A stretch of DNA of 64,000 bases from contig OX597830.1 in NCBI GenBank assembly GCA_951406725.2, positions 22,258,001 to 22,322,000 on the forward strand, in the 5' to 3' direction. The first letter of the stretch is position 1. Every line of letters begins with the position of its first letter. This stretch comes from Octopus vulgaris (Eukaryota). Both the position numbers and the translations under genes were made by a program. The notes under the pieces are model-generated. The model was not told where the DNA came from. It searched no databases and saw only the letters and a list, made by a program, of their open reading frames with translations. This document shows positions 33,401-48,400 of this stretch, in pieces.

Positions 33401-36400
33401 GTGTTATTGAGATCATATAAATTTCTGGTTATGGATGAACTATATTGGTTCAATACATGATAATCAACTACTAATTTGCCATATGGTGTTATTTGAAAAA
33501 AATGTTTACTGCCATTCCACCACTGACAGTTGGTTTGTACAGTTTAGTTTTGAAAATTATAATCGGTTTAATTGAAAGGTTTATATCCAGTTCTTGGTAT
33601 AGTGCAGTATCTGTTTTTGTAGAAAGCTGTAAAAGCAAAAATATTGTTTGACCTTTTCTTTTTTATAAGGATAGTCAATTCTGGCTCCTCTACTATAGTG
33701 TGTGTGTGTGTGTGTGTGTTGCTTTGAGTTAAGTGGTTTATATTTTTATTGTTTATACCATGTGTTGCTGTATCACATGTATTTTATTTTTTTATATTTA
33801 TATTTGTTTAGTTCAACATTTTTAGCAATTAGATTACTCTGCTTACTTATTCACATTGTTTTGAATTAATCTTTCATTATCTCATAACTTTGACTTTTTG
33901 ATGATGTGGTTATTTTTAGATTGGTATTGTTGTGTATATGTGAGATGCTGGATCCGACTAGTTTGAACATAAAGCAGGTAGAATATTTGGACTGAGTTAA
34001 AATTAGATTTAGATGTATAACTTTGGATATCTACTTGTTTCATCGAATTCAGAGTTTTTCATGGGGATGCGTGCCATATTTTGAATATTGCTTTGTTGCT
34101 TTAACATAAGCAAAAGGTGACTTCATTTATAGGTGAGGTGGAATAAGATTGTGTGAGACTCGTGCTTTTTTATATTGCAATAACATGAAATAAAAATATC
34201 ATTTAGAAACAGAAACAAAACCAGGATTTAGATAGTTGTCTGATCCTTACCTCTTTAACTTATGTATTATCAATTTGTCATCTGACATAAGCAAAATACT
34301 CCAGAGATGTAAAGAAGAAGAATTTGAATGTTAGCTCATTCATGCCATTCCACTCTGATAACAAAAATTAAAATTTGGTTGTGAACTTGATTACATGGGT
34401 GAGAGAATTAATTTCTTAATGTTTGAAGAAAAAATGATTACAAAATAGCATAAAATAATTTCTAATAATTCATGACATCACTTGCAGAAGTGGTTCTGAA
34501 TAGCGAAAGTTCATTTTAGCACAAATAATAAAATGATGAATAATTGTTGATTCAAGATAATGGTTGACAGGTCTTTTTTCAAGGAATATAATTATTACTT
34601 GAATTCAGAAATTTTGAAACCTGTATTCAGAATGTGTTGTATATGGCATAACTACAGATTCCTGCCCGCCCCACCAACTTTGGATGATCATAACTCTGAG
34701 AAAAATGGATATTTTTTTATGTAATTATCTATGAACATGTGTTATATCATGTAGACTCCAAATATACAAAACTTTTGGAGGAAAGTGTTTTAGGAGGGGA
34801 TGGGGTGGGGAATTCGTAAAATTCACCGGTGTCCACTTCAATTCATCTTAACTTTCAAGAAAATAGATATCTTTTAATGAAATTTTTTACAAATATACCT
34901 CGGACTATGTAGATTCCGAGAACATGAATTTGGGGGGAAAACAATTGGGGATTACTTTTGAGGACTGCTCCCCACTCGGGGGTGTTTCGGAACAAGTCCA
35001 TATTTGTTTCATTTTCTCTGTTTGTGTGTCTGTAGATTTCTAGTCCTCACATGCACATATATATGTAATTTAAAATGTTCAAACGGGGAATTATTCTATT
35101 CAATGTCTTTCTGTTAGAAACGTTTAGACCTTTAGCTGGTATTTTTAGCATAACGAGTTTTCTTGTGACAGCTTAATTGCCTGCTGCTTCAGTAGAAATC
35201 TGCAGATACACAAAATGGAGAAAATGAAACAAATACGGGCGACTTGTTCTGCCCCTCCCCAAGTGGGGAACGGTCCTCAAAAGTAACCCCTAATTGTTTT
35301 CCCCCTAAATTCATCTATTTTCTTGAAAGTTAAGATGAATTGAAGTGGGTGCTGGTGAATTTTCCGATATTCCCCACCCATCCCCTCCTAAAACACTTAC
35401 CCCCAAAAGTTTTGTATATCTGGAATCTGCATGATATAACATATATTAGTAAAAAAAATTTCATTAAAAAATATCCATTTTTCTCAGTTATGATCATCCA
35501 GAGTTGGTATTTGGGCGGGGACAGGAATCTAGTTATGCTGTGTATATTTGTATATGCATATATATATATACACATACATACATACATATACACACACACA
35601 CATATACAGAGGGTTTGTCATAAACTGTTATACACTAACAGTGTATAATAATCATGGAGTTGAACTGTGGTAACCAATCTAATTTACTTAAAATAATACC
35701 ATATAAACGAAGTTTATATGCAAACATTTTCATTGTAGAAATATGAGTTAACGACATTACGTCACTGTAACATAGGCTCAGTTCTGCAAGGAAATGTTGA
35801 TGTAGTTATGCAATGGTCTTAGTTTTGTTGTTTGTATATTTTAGTCAGATGAGGTAACATTTCATGTGGATGGCATCATCATTCATAAGCTCAGTGTAAT
35901 TGGAAACTTCTTGTTTGATATCAGCCTACTAGCTTTCAGCTTTGTCTGTATGGTGTTGAAATGTATTCATAAGGCACATATTGGCATCTATCGTAATGCC
36001 CATTTTCCTTACAATAAAAGTTGTTAAAAAATATTGCATAACATAATTTAACAAAATTAGTTAAATACAGAAACTAATATAGATAATAATAGAGAAAAGT
36101 ATTGGACGAAAATTATAAAACATTTATAGAACTTCAGTATTCAGAATGTTTTTAACTTTTTTCTTTGGAGCATATATAAAGAGTTCCTGTGGGCTTTCTA
36201 CTCTGGAACAACCTACATACAATTGACCATCCTCTTCTAGATGGAGACTGACAACCAGCAGTGTTTGACCTTGGGACTTATTAATGGTCAATGTGTAACT
36301 GACTCTCACTGGAAATTGCAATCGTTTGAAACGAAAGGGGACACCTGTATGCATTAGTGGTGTTCTAGGTATAAATACAATGTCTCCCTTACTACATCCA

Positions 36401-39400
36401 AGAGGGTTTTTACTTCGATAATGTGAGTCTGTAGTTTAGTCACAACCATACGTGTACCATTGCACAATCTTGGCTGAACCAGGTTTCTGTGAAGCATGAT
36501 GACTATGCCTTTCTTCAATTCAAGATTGTGTGGTAGCATACTAGATGGTTCCAGACTATTGAGGAATTCAACAGGATAATGAACAGCATCGTCCTCATCT
36601 ACAACTTTGTTGATAGATTTATAGACGTGGCTACCTTCATCCCCCCTCCTCTGTCTCACTTGTTTTTTCTCTCTCACCCACTTTCTTTCTGTCTCGCGTA
36701 TTTTTTCTCTAGAAAGAAAAAGAGGTAGAGGTAGTGGAAGAGAGACACATAACCAGTGTGAGAGGGGGAGATAGAGAGCTAGAGACAGAGAAAGCAATGG
36801 TCTGACAGTGACTTCAAAGGAGTAAATGTAATATATAAAATTAGAGAAAGTTTGAGGTGGATTGAGTGATAAGTGGCGTATTTTTTCACGCTCTAAAATG
36901 CATTACGGTGAAATAGACAGTATGTGGATTGCTAGAATTAGGAGCCAATACACCACCAACTCCCCTGTTCCCTTCTGAACACAAAAGTTCTGAAATATTA
37001 TCAGTTTTATTTAGTGTTTCCAGCAGTCAATGTACAAACAAACAGACAAATTTTGTTTTTTATAAGGATAGAGATAAGATGTATGTATAATATGACTATA
37101 TTTTATATCTTTTGTATATATATATCTGTTTTGAAATTTTCTTATGGTTTAGTCAGAGGAAGGTTGCACCAATGACATTTGTAAGACATTATAGGCCAGT
37201 GGAAGTAAAAGGTGGAAAAATTAGATGTTGCTAACCACTATTTGATCCTTTAAGTAACACAGTTGGAATTCACTGTCTGTGTGTTTCTTTCAGATAGGCT
37301 GTCCTCTTGGGGTGTTATTCATGAGGTTGGGCCTCAGTTATATCTTGTAGCAGCACTTCACTGGAGGAATACTCTATCTGTACTCTTTAACAAACTATAG
37401 CACTATACAATGGAAGCTGCAATCTGGAGCAGCACATTAAGATATTGGTGTTATACTGAAACCTTGTTCCAATGTTTGCGATAGAGTAGGTCTACCGCTT
37501 GATAATTTCAAATTTACATATATTCTGGGTATGCCAGGTGTTTTGGAAGAAGACCTAACAATTTTACACGGTGTATACCACATTTTAACTTTCTCATTTC
37601 TCTTTCAGACACATCAGCAATCCAACATAGGAAATATAAAGGCATGCTGTTCTTGTGTCTCTAACCGCCAACCACAGTGACTTGGAGACTGACAGCTTCT
37701 TAAACATGGTCAATTCCTTCGTGTTTAAGATCAGGAAAGAGCTAGAGATCACTGGCAAGGATATATGAAATATTTTCTCTGGCCAGACATCATGAGGATG
37801 GCTATATCCATCCAGCAAGTCCAGGATATGAACAATGATGATGATGCCTATCAAATTTATGAGATCTGTTGCCAAGCATCTCAGTGTGGTAGTGTCCACT
37901 AGAAGACGTGTTGTGCATGAGGACGTCATGTACAAGTCCAATATGATGAGGAGAGAGCAGTTTATGTCTGGCAAAACCTAGGAGATCCATGTAATCTGAT
38001 TGAAGTACTTGCTGGACAATCTCAAACCAAGAAACCAGTCGTTCCTTGGTTTTTCTTTAACAAACGTTGACCAGGACTAGAAGCTGTACAGGGGAAAATG
38101 ACAGGTAGCTTAGCATGAAGTCTAGCATAGAACTTAGGGTGATGAACATCATCTGTGATAGTCCTTGGGGGTCATGAATAGTGAGGGCCATGCCACACTG
38201 TCTTAGCTTCTTCTCATAGGGCTTGAGGTAAGCTCTTCCACTGGGACTATGATCCATCCTGTGTGGCACTTGAACCCATGTGTAGTTGCCTGAGAATTCT
38301 CGTGATTATGTGATATCCTAGGTTTCTTGATTTGGACTCCCATGGAGTACCGTGTCAGGGGCATTGTTGAGAGAGATACTAACTGGTGGCTCCACAATAC
38401 CAAGGATTCCTTGAAGGCTACCTTTGTGAATGTGATTGGTAGCATGTTTGAGGACCATCTGATACTGGCATAGTCTTTTCTGTGGTCACATAAAGGCCAT
38501 CATTGAGGCTGGCTGGGGGTGGTTTTAGTGAACAACCTGCTTCTTTAACATATCCCGTTGAACATGTGTATGCATTTTTGAAAATGTTCTGTCTATTATT
38601 TTTGTTTTTCTTTACACTTAATTTCATTGTGAATTACAATGTGCATCCCCTGTGTGTGTTTGTATTCATATGTCCAGATACAAAGCAGCTAATGGAAGAG
38701 GTCATTGAAATACCAGCATATTCTTGTGGTTTTGCTTTATCTTTGAGCTGGACACATTTGTGACTCTCAGTGCATTTTGATATTGGTAAAAACTCTGCAT
38801 CCAGGGATCTGGCTTGCAACCAACTGATATCCTATTTCAGAATATTCTTCTTTTCCTCATTTATTGCTACAGAATACTCTAATCTCTATAGATCTGTGGA
38901 AAATGTAATATACATTCAGTACAACTGAGAAATTATTTTTCTGAACGACTGATGACTTAGTGATGAGTTTCAAACCTTACTACAGTCATTTTATTGCATC
39001 TCTGATAAAATTACTTGCCATTGCATAGACAGTGCACAATTATTGAAATTTACTAAAACCCTCCTGCTTGTAGTTACACAGGCAAATGATGCAATATATG
39101 CATATGTGTTGCTTGCCATTGCACAAGCAGCATAGTATGTTCCAACGTATATCCAGATCCCATAATTTCTGAGAGCCTGTAGCTTTGTCTAGTGTTCTAT
39201 ACAAGTACTTCAGTTGTATTTTGAATGTATGTTGTGGGCAATACCATTGAAGACATCTGCAGTGAATATTTAATGCTAAATTTCTATGTGAAGTATAATT
39301 ATTATCCATATTTCAGCTATAGAGCTTATAGTCCATTGATCCTGTAGGATTACTAGACTAAGAGCTTTTATTAGTAATGTTTTCTTAATTGCATTCTTTA

Positions 39401-42400
39401 TTCCTTATTTAAACTCTCAACACAGCACAGTCTGTTGTGGAGTGAGATTTAACAAGTTTTCATTTCGTATCAACTATTTCATTCTAAATTAACTTTCTGT
39501 AGCACCTCCAGAACAGTCATCTTCATCAGCGGAGACAAATACTAAAGAAGAAAAGAGTGAAATGTCCTCATCAACAGAGAATGACACAAAAGAAGAAAAT
39601 AATGAAGAAAAGTCCTCGTCAGCCAGTGTGAAAAGCACAACTCCATCACAGAAATGTAATGAACTGAAAGGAGATAAGGTGGCCAAATCAGCCCTCACGG
39701 ACAGTTTACCTTCAACACCAAGTGTTCCACACAAAGTGCCATTTGCATTAAAAAATAAAATGAATATGGACACTTCCACCAGTCAACAGGGTGAAGAAAA
39801 TGAATCACTGATTGTACATGTTGATGATACACAGAATGATTTAGATGCTGATCTTGTGGCATCAAAGGACAAAGTGCGTGGCAAAACTGAAGCAAAGAAA
39901 ACAGATGGAAGCAAAGTTGAAGAAAGGGCTAAAGGTAAAACAGAAGGAGGGCAAACTGAGAAGAAGGCTGATGAAAAGAAAGATGATAAAGATGTAAAGT
40001 CGAAGAGGTTGGTTTTCATGTCATCTTTCCCACTGCTTTGATTCAAAGATGTCATTAGTTAAATGATCTTACTTCTCGGTAACAGATGTTGACATCTTGA
40101 CTGCAACTGGGGTCTACAACTGCCAATGGGAACAGATTTTCTTAAACCTTAAGTTAACCTGTTTAAGTAGGTTTTCTTCAGAGAACATCCTCTCATGGCT
40201 AATCGTGAGTTATTTTAAAAGAGAATGTGTGTATGTGGTTTGGTTGTTAGATTCAGGTTCAAACTACTAATTATAGCAATGATAGACATTTTCCTAGTCT
40301 TCTTCATAAAACATGAGAATCTGCTGTAATGATTGTACTTTGGAAATACTATTAAAGACATGGCCTGGGCTGTAATTGATCTGAACTTATCTGAGGTATA
40401 TTTCCATTAGTTATTCATGTTTGAGACAAAAAGGAAAACCCACGTTTTCTCCTGGGTCATTTCTTAGTCTCTTAAAAAATTGATGTAAATTGTTGTGAGT
40501 GTACATGTGATGGATGATACCAATGAGGATGTTTGCTAGGTAATGTTGCGCTAGTATTCATCATATTTTAGATGGTTATTGTAAACTATAGTTCATGAAC
40601 TAAAAAGGGCCAGCAAAGTGTTCGGGGGTTGGCTGGAAATCAGGAATCTCAGTTGAAATATAATTACACATGCTCAGAGTTAGATGTTAAACGATTACCC
40701 AATTACTGATGAGTTATCTACAGGAACAGATAAATCAATGTCAAGACGCAATAATGTCTGGATGAAGACACCAACAAACAATTGAAACGGAAGAGGATGA
40801 GGGATCCCAAGTTCCCAAGAATACACAGACATGATTCAGTGGATGTTAGATAATTCATAATTTTTTTGACAAGATACAAATTGGAAGATGTTTGGAAAAC
40901 CTGAAGACTAAGTCAGTGGTTCCTGTATTCCAGCCATGTTACTGCTAAATTAGCAGTTATCATTTAGGGAATTCCACATTGCTTGCTGACCTCTTTTTAG
41001 CTTCATGAAGACTATAGTTCTTGTCTTTTTGTACATTTTCTTTCAAAAGTGTCAGTTGTATGTTGCTGATGTGTAGTGTCAGTTGTTAGCTAGTTTAGGT
41101 ATTCCATTTATTGTCTTAACCAATATCTTCGTTTGAGATTAGTGTTTTTTGTATTCATTTATTCCTGAAAGGGGATAATAAATGACTATTACAAAAATAC
41201 AGCAGGTAAGCTTCTTTCATCATGATACTTTTCCCTATGTGCAATAATAATTTGTTAATAGAAATATTTATATTACAACATAATGTGTAGAACCTCTTTA
41301 CTTTAATAAATGTTAGTTATTTTGTTACATCATTCTTCCTCCCTTACATAATAAACATGTCTTTAAGAAGTGTGTGTGTATGCGCATATGTATGTGTATG
41401 TATATATATATATACTTCCACATACACACACATAACTAAATAAATTCATAGCACTCATTTGCTTCCTTTAATACATATCTCTACATATTTATTTAGAGTT
41501 AGGGTCCTAGGATGAAGTGATATCGTTTGAGTGTAGTAGTTGAAAGTAATTCACATGAATAATCAAAAATTGTTCCAATAGCATTCCTATGACATTCACT
41601 ATTGATGGCAGTCATACTAATATTTCTAAGTATTGTTTTATTGTTGCAGTTCTTCAGCTTCTAAACCCAAAGTTATCAAAAGTATCAAGAGTAAGTATTT
41701 TTTCTTGTTTTGGACTTCATTCACTAATCTTATGTTTTTGATGTGAGGTATTTGAAATCTTAACCTTGAAGGGTCAGATTTCCTGGTAATCTTTCCATAT
41801 TCATTTGTTTCTGTACTTCACAGGCAATGACCAAAACAGTCGGAATTTGTGGGTCAGTGGTCTTGCCACAAGCACCCGTGCTACAGACCTTAAAGTGCTT
41901 TTTACCAAATATGGCAAGGTATGTTGAATAATATCTGTTTCTTATATTTCATGTAATTTGTTACTAATCATATTTATTACTAATTAGTACTTAGATTCAC
42001 ACTATGCTTGTCTAGAGTGTGTTTACACTCTAAACAACTCTCTCTTCTCCAAATGTAGTCACTGTCAGACCATCAGCACTCTCTGCTTTGTGTGTGGTTG
42101 TCCACAACACAAGCTCAACATAACTTCCCTGCTCACTTCAGGTTAGCCGACTGGTTAGAATTCCACCAGTTCTACACTATTTTCTTTGACACATGTACTT
42201 GACTCTGGACCCATCAGAGACAGCTAGGTAGGTGACAGAAAACATACTCTTTGGCATGTCCCTTTATATCCCATGCAAAACCAAAATTGTCTCGGGTCCT
42301 CTAAGTGGTTCAGTCTTAGCTGTGTTGCAGCATTTCATGCAAAGCATACAGCCTGAAATACTTAGAGAAAAGTCACTCTTACAATCAAGGCTTTTATCTT

Positions 42401-45400
42401 GTTAGTGACATTGTGTGTACACCCTATAATAACTCCCATTTTTAGTCCTTTTTCCCAGAATGTGAACTTTCTAGAATCTTTTTCTGGCAGCTGTCATTTG
42501 CAACTATTTAAGCAAAATATCAGTCATATAGATTTGTCCAATCTTAGAAAACCTACAAAGATCATGGACCCTGCCTTTTTTTTAATTTTTGGACTAAACC
42601 AATTAAATGCTTGTTGTAAAGAGTTTTACTTAATCTCTGTTTAAAACATTTACTGCTTTTAATCTACAGTACCATTGTAAAAATCTTTTTTTGAAATAAT
42701 TTATTAGTATTGGTAATATTGGGTTGAATAAATGCCAAAATAAATTTTTGTGTTTAAAATTTAATTTTGTTTTTGTTTTTGTCTACATCAGGTTGTTGGT
42801 GCCAAAGTAGTGACAAATGCACGAAGCCCTGGTGCTCGATGTTATGGTTTTGTAACTATGTCTTCTTCACATGAAGCTTCTAAATGTATTCAACATTTGA
42901 ATCAGACTGAACTGCATGGCCGTATGATATCAGTTGAAAGGGTGAGTTATCCAAAGTTCATTATTTTGTTTACAGACCCAATTATCAGCTACTGAATTAA
43001 ATGTTATCAGCATTTCATTGTCAGCTGTTAGAAACATGCTCAGCATTTGAAATAGATATCGGTCATCTTTAGAGTAAGGTTGAGATCATCAATTATGGTC
43101 AGTTATTGAGAAAAATATGTGTTGTTCAACTCACAAACCCAGGCCATCAGTTCATCAAAGCCCTTCAGCATCCTCCTGGTATTTCACGACAAATTTTGTT
43201 TCATAGTCAGTATGTCCTTAATGGGAACCTATTAGACACCAGTGTTGGTGAGCAGTCCTGTTCACTACACATCAACCAGCTTAGTATTTTCATAGCATGT
43301 GTGTTAAGGATCACTGAAATGGTTTTTTAGTTACAGTACACTTGTTGGGTTTGTGCCACTCTGATATTGTAAATCTGACAGAGACTAAAGCAGTAATCCA
43401 GAATGATGTCTTTTAATTTGTGTTCTGTTTAAAAAGCCATTTGTAAGGTCCAGCCACAATAGTACCAGTTCTCTTGTTGAAGGTTTCTCTGATCAACTGA
43501 TTAACCATACTGGAATATTCCAGACACCTTGATGTCCTTTAAGAACTGAAGTATCAGCATAGAAGTTTCATTGGAGGTAATTTGTCAGGTGGCTAGCAAC
43601 AGTGCAGAAGAATAATGTCCTTTCAACACCCCTTCTTCACACTACCACTGCAGGGCTTTGCTGAATTCTCTGTAAGGTATTGATCATCTTCTGGGGCTTA
43701 ACCTGCCCTTTACCTTCTTAACCATTTCCTAGACCTCTTTCTAACTGGGTCCTTTGTTGTCAAATTCCAGAGCTCGTGAAGATGGATTGCTCAAGGGCTT
43801 TAAGTGGCTTATATCGTGGTCCCTGAACTCACTTCTTAAAGTAACTCATATGACTCGATCGTGCCTCTGGAGCAAGTGAGCTGACCCTTGCCCCAGCAAC
43901 TATTTTGTAAACCCACATGTGTTTGCTTGAAAAGTAGCTTGCTTCCTAGTCCATTGTCTCCTTTGCTATTCAGCTGTAAGGGCCATGACCTTTTATTGAG
44001 AGGTCTCCTTTCCTCCCCTCTTGCCTTTTTGAGCTGCTATCGTAAGCTCTTGAGTTCCCATTTAAGCTTATGGATTGTATTATCCCTGCTATGTATGATG
44101 TAAAGAAGTTTCACTGCTTTCTTCTCCAACCTGAATATCTTAACTGCTAGACTGATGATGGTCATAGTTATGATGTGTGTGTGAATGTATAACATGCAAT
44201 GATATCAGTAATAATCTATTGGTAGAGAGATGTGTGATGATAAACTGTTGAATGTATGTACGTGTTTGAAGGGAGTACAAATACATCGTTAATAAGGGTT
44301 TAGAGAAAGTAATATTTCCTGTTTTTTTTTTTTTTAGGCTAAAAGAGAACCTACAACTCAGGCTAAAGCACCAGAAACCAAAACAGGAGAAAAGAAAGTA
44401 GAAAAGGGTGAAGTGAAGAAAGATGGTATGACTTCTTCCAGTGTTTCATATTTGTACCCTAAACAGAATTTGGCTCTAGAATTCCACTGGTCATTGAAGT
44501 TAGCTGAACTTAGTGTTTCATGTTACTAACAAAGTAATTAGTTTAATAAAACCATTGGCATTTCACAATTACTTAACAGTAGTAATAGTATTCAAAGAAT
44601 CATAAATATCAGGTGTGACTGTGTGGTAAGAAGTTTGCTTCCTAACCACACGGCTTTAGCTTCAGTCCCACTGTGTGGTACCTTAGGCGAGTGTTTCCTA
44701 CTATAGTTCCAGGCTGACCTAAGCCCCATGAATGGATTTGGTAGGCAAAAACTGAAAGACGTCTGTTGTACATATCTTACATATATAAACATATCCGTGT
44801 GTTTGGGTGTGCCTGTGTGTATGTTGCTGTCTCCTTGCCTTGACTTTTTGTGATAGCTGTAAAGAATTGTTGCTATGATGTAAACAATTTGCTGTGTTTC
44901 CAATCTTCCATGAAAACATGCCTGGTCATTAGAGTATATTATTGTACTTGGAACCAGATAAGGGTTCATGATAGGAAGTGCATCTGTCCATAGCAAAATC
45001 TGCCTCAACTAATTTCCTGTTCTCCATTCAATCATGGAAAAAGTGGACATTAAAAACTGTGATGATGATGATTAGTTGACACTTATAGGCAACTCTGTAT
45101 TGCCTTGAAGTCTCCAGATTGTGATAGTGTTTCTATGTGTGTTTGTGCTGTTTGCAGAAAAAAAAGATGGTGATAAGAAAGTTGAGAAGAGAGAATCAAA
45201 GAAAGATGATAAAAGCAGGAGAACGTCCAGCAGAAGAGATGACAAAAGACATAGTAGCAGGAGCAGCAGAAGTCGTCACAAAAGCTCAGGTCAGTCTTAC
45301 TAAAGGTCGCACGTGTGTGTGTGTGTGTGTTTTGTCCTTGTACAAAAGCTTGGGTCAGTCTTACTAAAGGTCACGTGTGTGTGTGTTTTGTCTTTGTACA

Positions 45401-48400
45401 AGAGTAGCTTGTTCTGAAGAGAATATGGTACTGGAATAATTTCCTGATTTGTGCTGAGTTCGACTGGCAAGATTTATAGAAATACATTTATTGCTGGATC
45501 TTCGGTGCCAGTGTGGCTTTGTAGTTATGCGTGGTACCTTGGGCTAGTGTCTTCTGCTTTAGCCCTGAGATGCCCTAAGCCTTGTGAGTGGATTTGGTAG
45601 ATGGAAATTGAAGTAAGCCTATTGTATATGTTATACCATTGTCTTGGTGTCATAAGATGGTTGTAAAGAAGCATTGCCATCGGACAGATTAATTTGTTGG
45701 TTTTAAGTCATCTCTGAAAAATTTGTGTGGTCATGGGAAATATCACCTTGCTTGAAAATAGGTGAGAATTGGCTACAGGAAGAATATGGACATTAAATGA
45801 TGGTGATAAATGATTCACTGTTTCAGATAAATCTCATGCAACTACACCAAATAAGAGTACAGCTGAACCAGCTGCAAAAGAAGGCTCTGAGAAAAGTGCA
45901 GAGCCTGCAGCAGCAGCAGGCGCCAAGGAGAAAGTTCCCAGTACAACAAAGCCTAAACCACGAGGACCTGGTGACCCTGCTTCCAAGAAAGATATTTTAT
46001 CATTTGATCAAATAAAAGTAAGTACAATTTTATGTATGTGTTTTTAATGTGGCTAAAGTGTGTAGTTGAAATAGAATAAGATAAATAATTTCACCTTGAA
46101 ACTAGAGTGGCTAATACCACTTACTTGACCCTAAATTTAGAGTGTATTATCCCTGATATCATCTTGAAATCTTGAGATAGAGCTCCCCTGCCTTAAAACT
46201 GGTTATAACTGGTGTGTTAGCTTTGAAATGCATTGTCTTCCAGTGAAGGTCTTAGTGTGTAGCACGCCTGAGATGTAACCGAAAGAAATTGTTTAAATTA
46301 TGCAGATTGATTCAGATGTGACTCTGCAATAGTCACAATAGTTGTGATAGTAATTGTGGCTGTTGCAATATAGAATATGTAAAGAAATTTCAAATCAGAT
46401 TAGGTGGAAGAAGGTCAATTATTTCATTATAATAGAAGCGCTGGGCTACTGGGAACATGATTATAATTTCAAATCTTTCTGCAGCTGTTATGTTTTGTCC
46501 TATTTGCTGTAATAAATTATATAATTATACTTACTCAAGTTTGCTCAACTGATAAAATTTATTCCAATTTTACTTCAAGGTTGAATGCTTAGCAAGAGGA
46601 GGGAAATGTAGCTCCTAGTCTAGTGGGGAAAAATTATGTAAAACAAAAGATTTGTTTCTATATCTGGGTACAGGAGTATTATGATGTTTTTGTGTTTTAT
46701 TCAGAATAACAAAAATCTATGATGTGTCTGTATTAAATTATTGTGGTATTTAGATTTGCCATTTTTTATGTCCCTATATGTATTATATCAGTAGTCTTAT
46801 TTTGTACGGTTATTTAGCTTTGTGTGTGTTTCTTTGTTGATTTTGTGTTTGTTTTATTCTTTGCTTTGTAATAATTATTCTCTTTTCATATTCCATTCTT
46901 GAAAATAAAAACAAAACCCCACCAAATTTCTTGACAGAAGGAAAGAGAGCGACAGCGTTTACGTCAGAGACAAAGGAATCGTAGGGAACAGGAGAGGCGT
47001 CGGTTGAAAAAACTTGATATGGCTCGGATGCTTCAACAGAATGTGGAACGAGAACAGAAGGAGGAGGTGAAAAGATTGGGCAAAGTCAGAGAGCAGATAA
47101 GGTTTGTGAAAAGTGCATTCACATTTAAACTGTTTTAGACAGAATGTCGTGATTTTGTGAGAAAGAAGTTTACTTCACACCGCCATGATACCAAATGTTA
47201 AAAGCTGTCTCAAGGCCCAATCCTATTTTTGGTGGTAGAATTATTTTGTTGTCTTGTTTAAGACTACATCTGGTCCTTGGGTGCCTTTACCACATTACAC
47301 ACTTTTTCAAACTTTCAGGCCTGGTCTTTAATCTAAGGATAACTTCTGCCCTTCTTCAAATTGGTCTTGGAGACTCTGAGAAAGCACTTTAAATATTGCT
47401 ATACCTTAAAGACTTAAGTACTGTTGTTTTAGATGTTTTTGTAGATAGTAGTTGTGACGTATGAGGAATTAGGAAGTTGTTACAAAAGTAGAGAGTAAGT
47501 TATTTTAAATGAATAATGAAAGAAGGAAGATATTCAGTATATATGGGAAAAAAAGTAAAGATTAGAATATGTAAGATGTATTGGCTATGTATTTACTATC
47601 TATATTCTTTCTTCAGATTGTTTTAGCAATCTCCTGATATCATTTTAACCCTCTTGGGACACCCAGGCTGATTGATCAACCTGAATGATACAAGCTGTAA
47701 GGATTTTGAGGCCAGTCCATCAGTCTGGTGGAAGAAATGTTGTGAATGGTTGGTTTTGAAATGTAATAGCTAATCAGAGATTGTCTTCCAGTAGATGTAT
47801 CTCAATATAAAAAAAAAAATGTTGGTCCTTTTGTCTACACATACCAAAACATCATGTGTTTCAAAAGGGTTAAGATTTTATAATCAGTGGATTGGTTGGA
47901 CACCATTGTAAATTTTTGACTCTTGTTTCAAGATAAAGAGAGAACGATATATTTAGAGTAGTTTTCCTCGATACCCTTTCAAAACCCAAAGAAGAATTGA
48001 ACTTAGTTGCAATGAAAGTTAAGGAAATGATTGTCAGACAAACATTTCCTCATTTCTTGTGAACTTTTCTTTTTTTTATTGTTTATTTATCTTACAGGTC
48101 TATGATCAAGGACATTATAAGTTTATCTGTTCCTTTTTTTTTTTGGGGGGGGTATCTATAGTACTATATTGTCTATGTATTTTGTGTTTTAAAATGATAG
48201 GATGTTATATGATACCTTCACATTGTACTTATTAAGTTGTGGGTGAATGTTTATGTAAGACTTTAGTATCTTTGTCCAAATTGTTTTTCTGTTATATGTC
48301 AAGAGGCTTTTCTTTATTCTTCCTGTCTTTATAGTTTATGTGTAGATTCCTCAACATCATCTAACAATCCTAACATTTAATGTTAATCTAAAAATATACA

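Noticed and set aside
36124-36797. Host PIF1 helicase gene
   Set aside because: Frameshifted intronless fragment within an intron, typical of a Helitron
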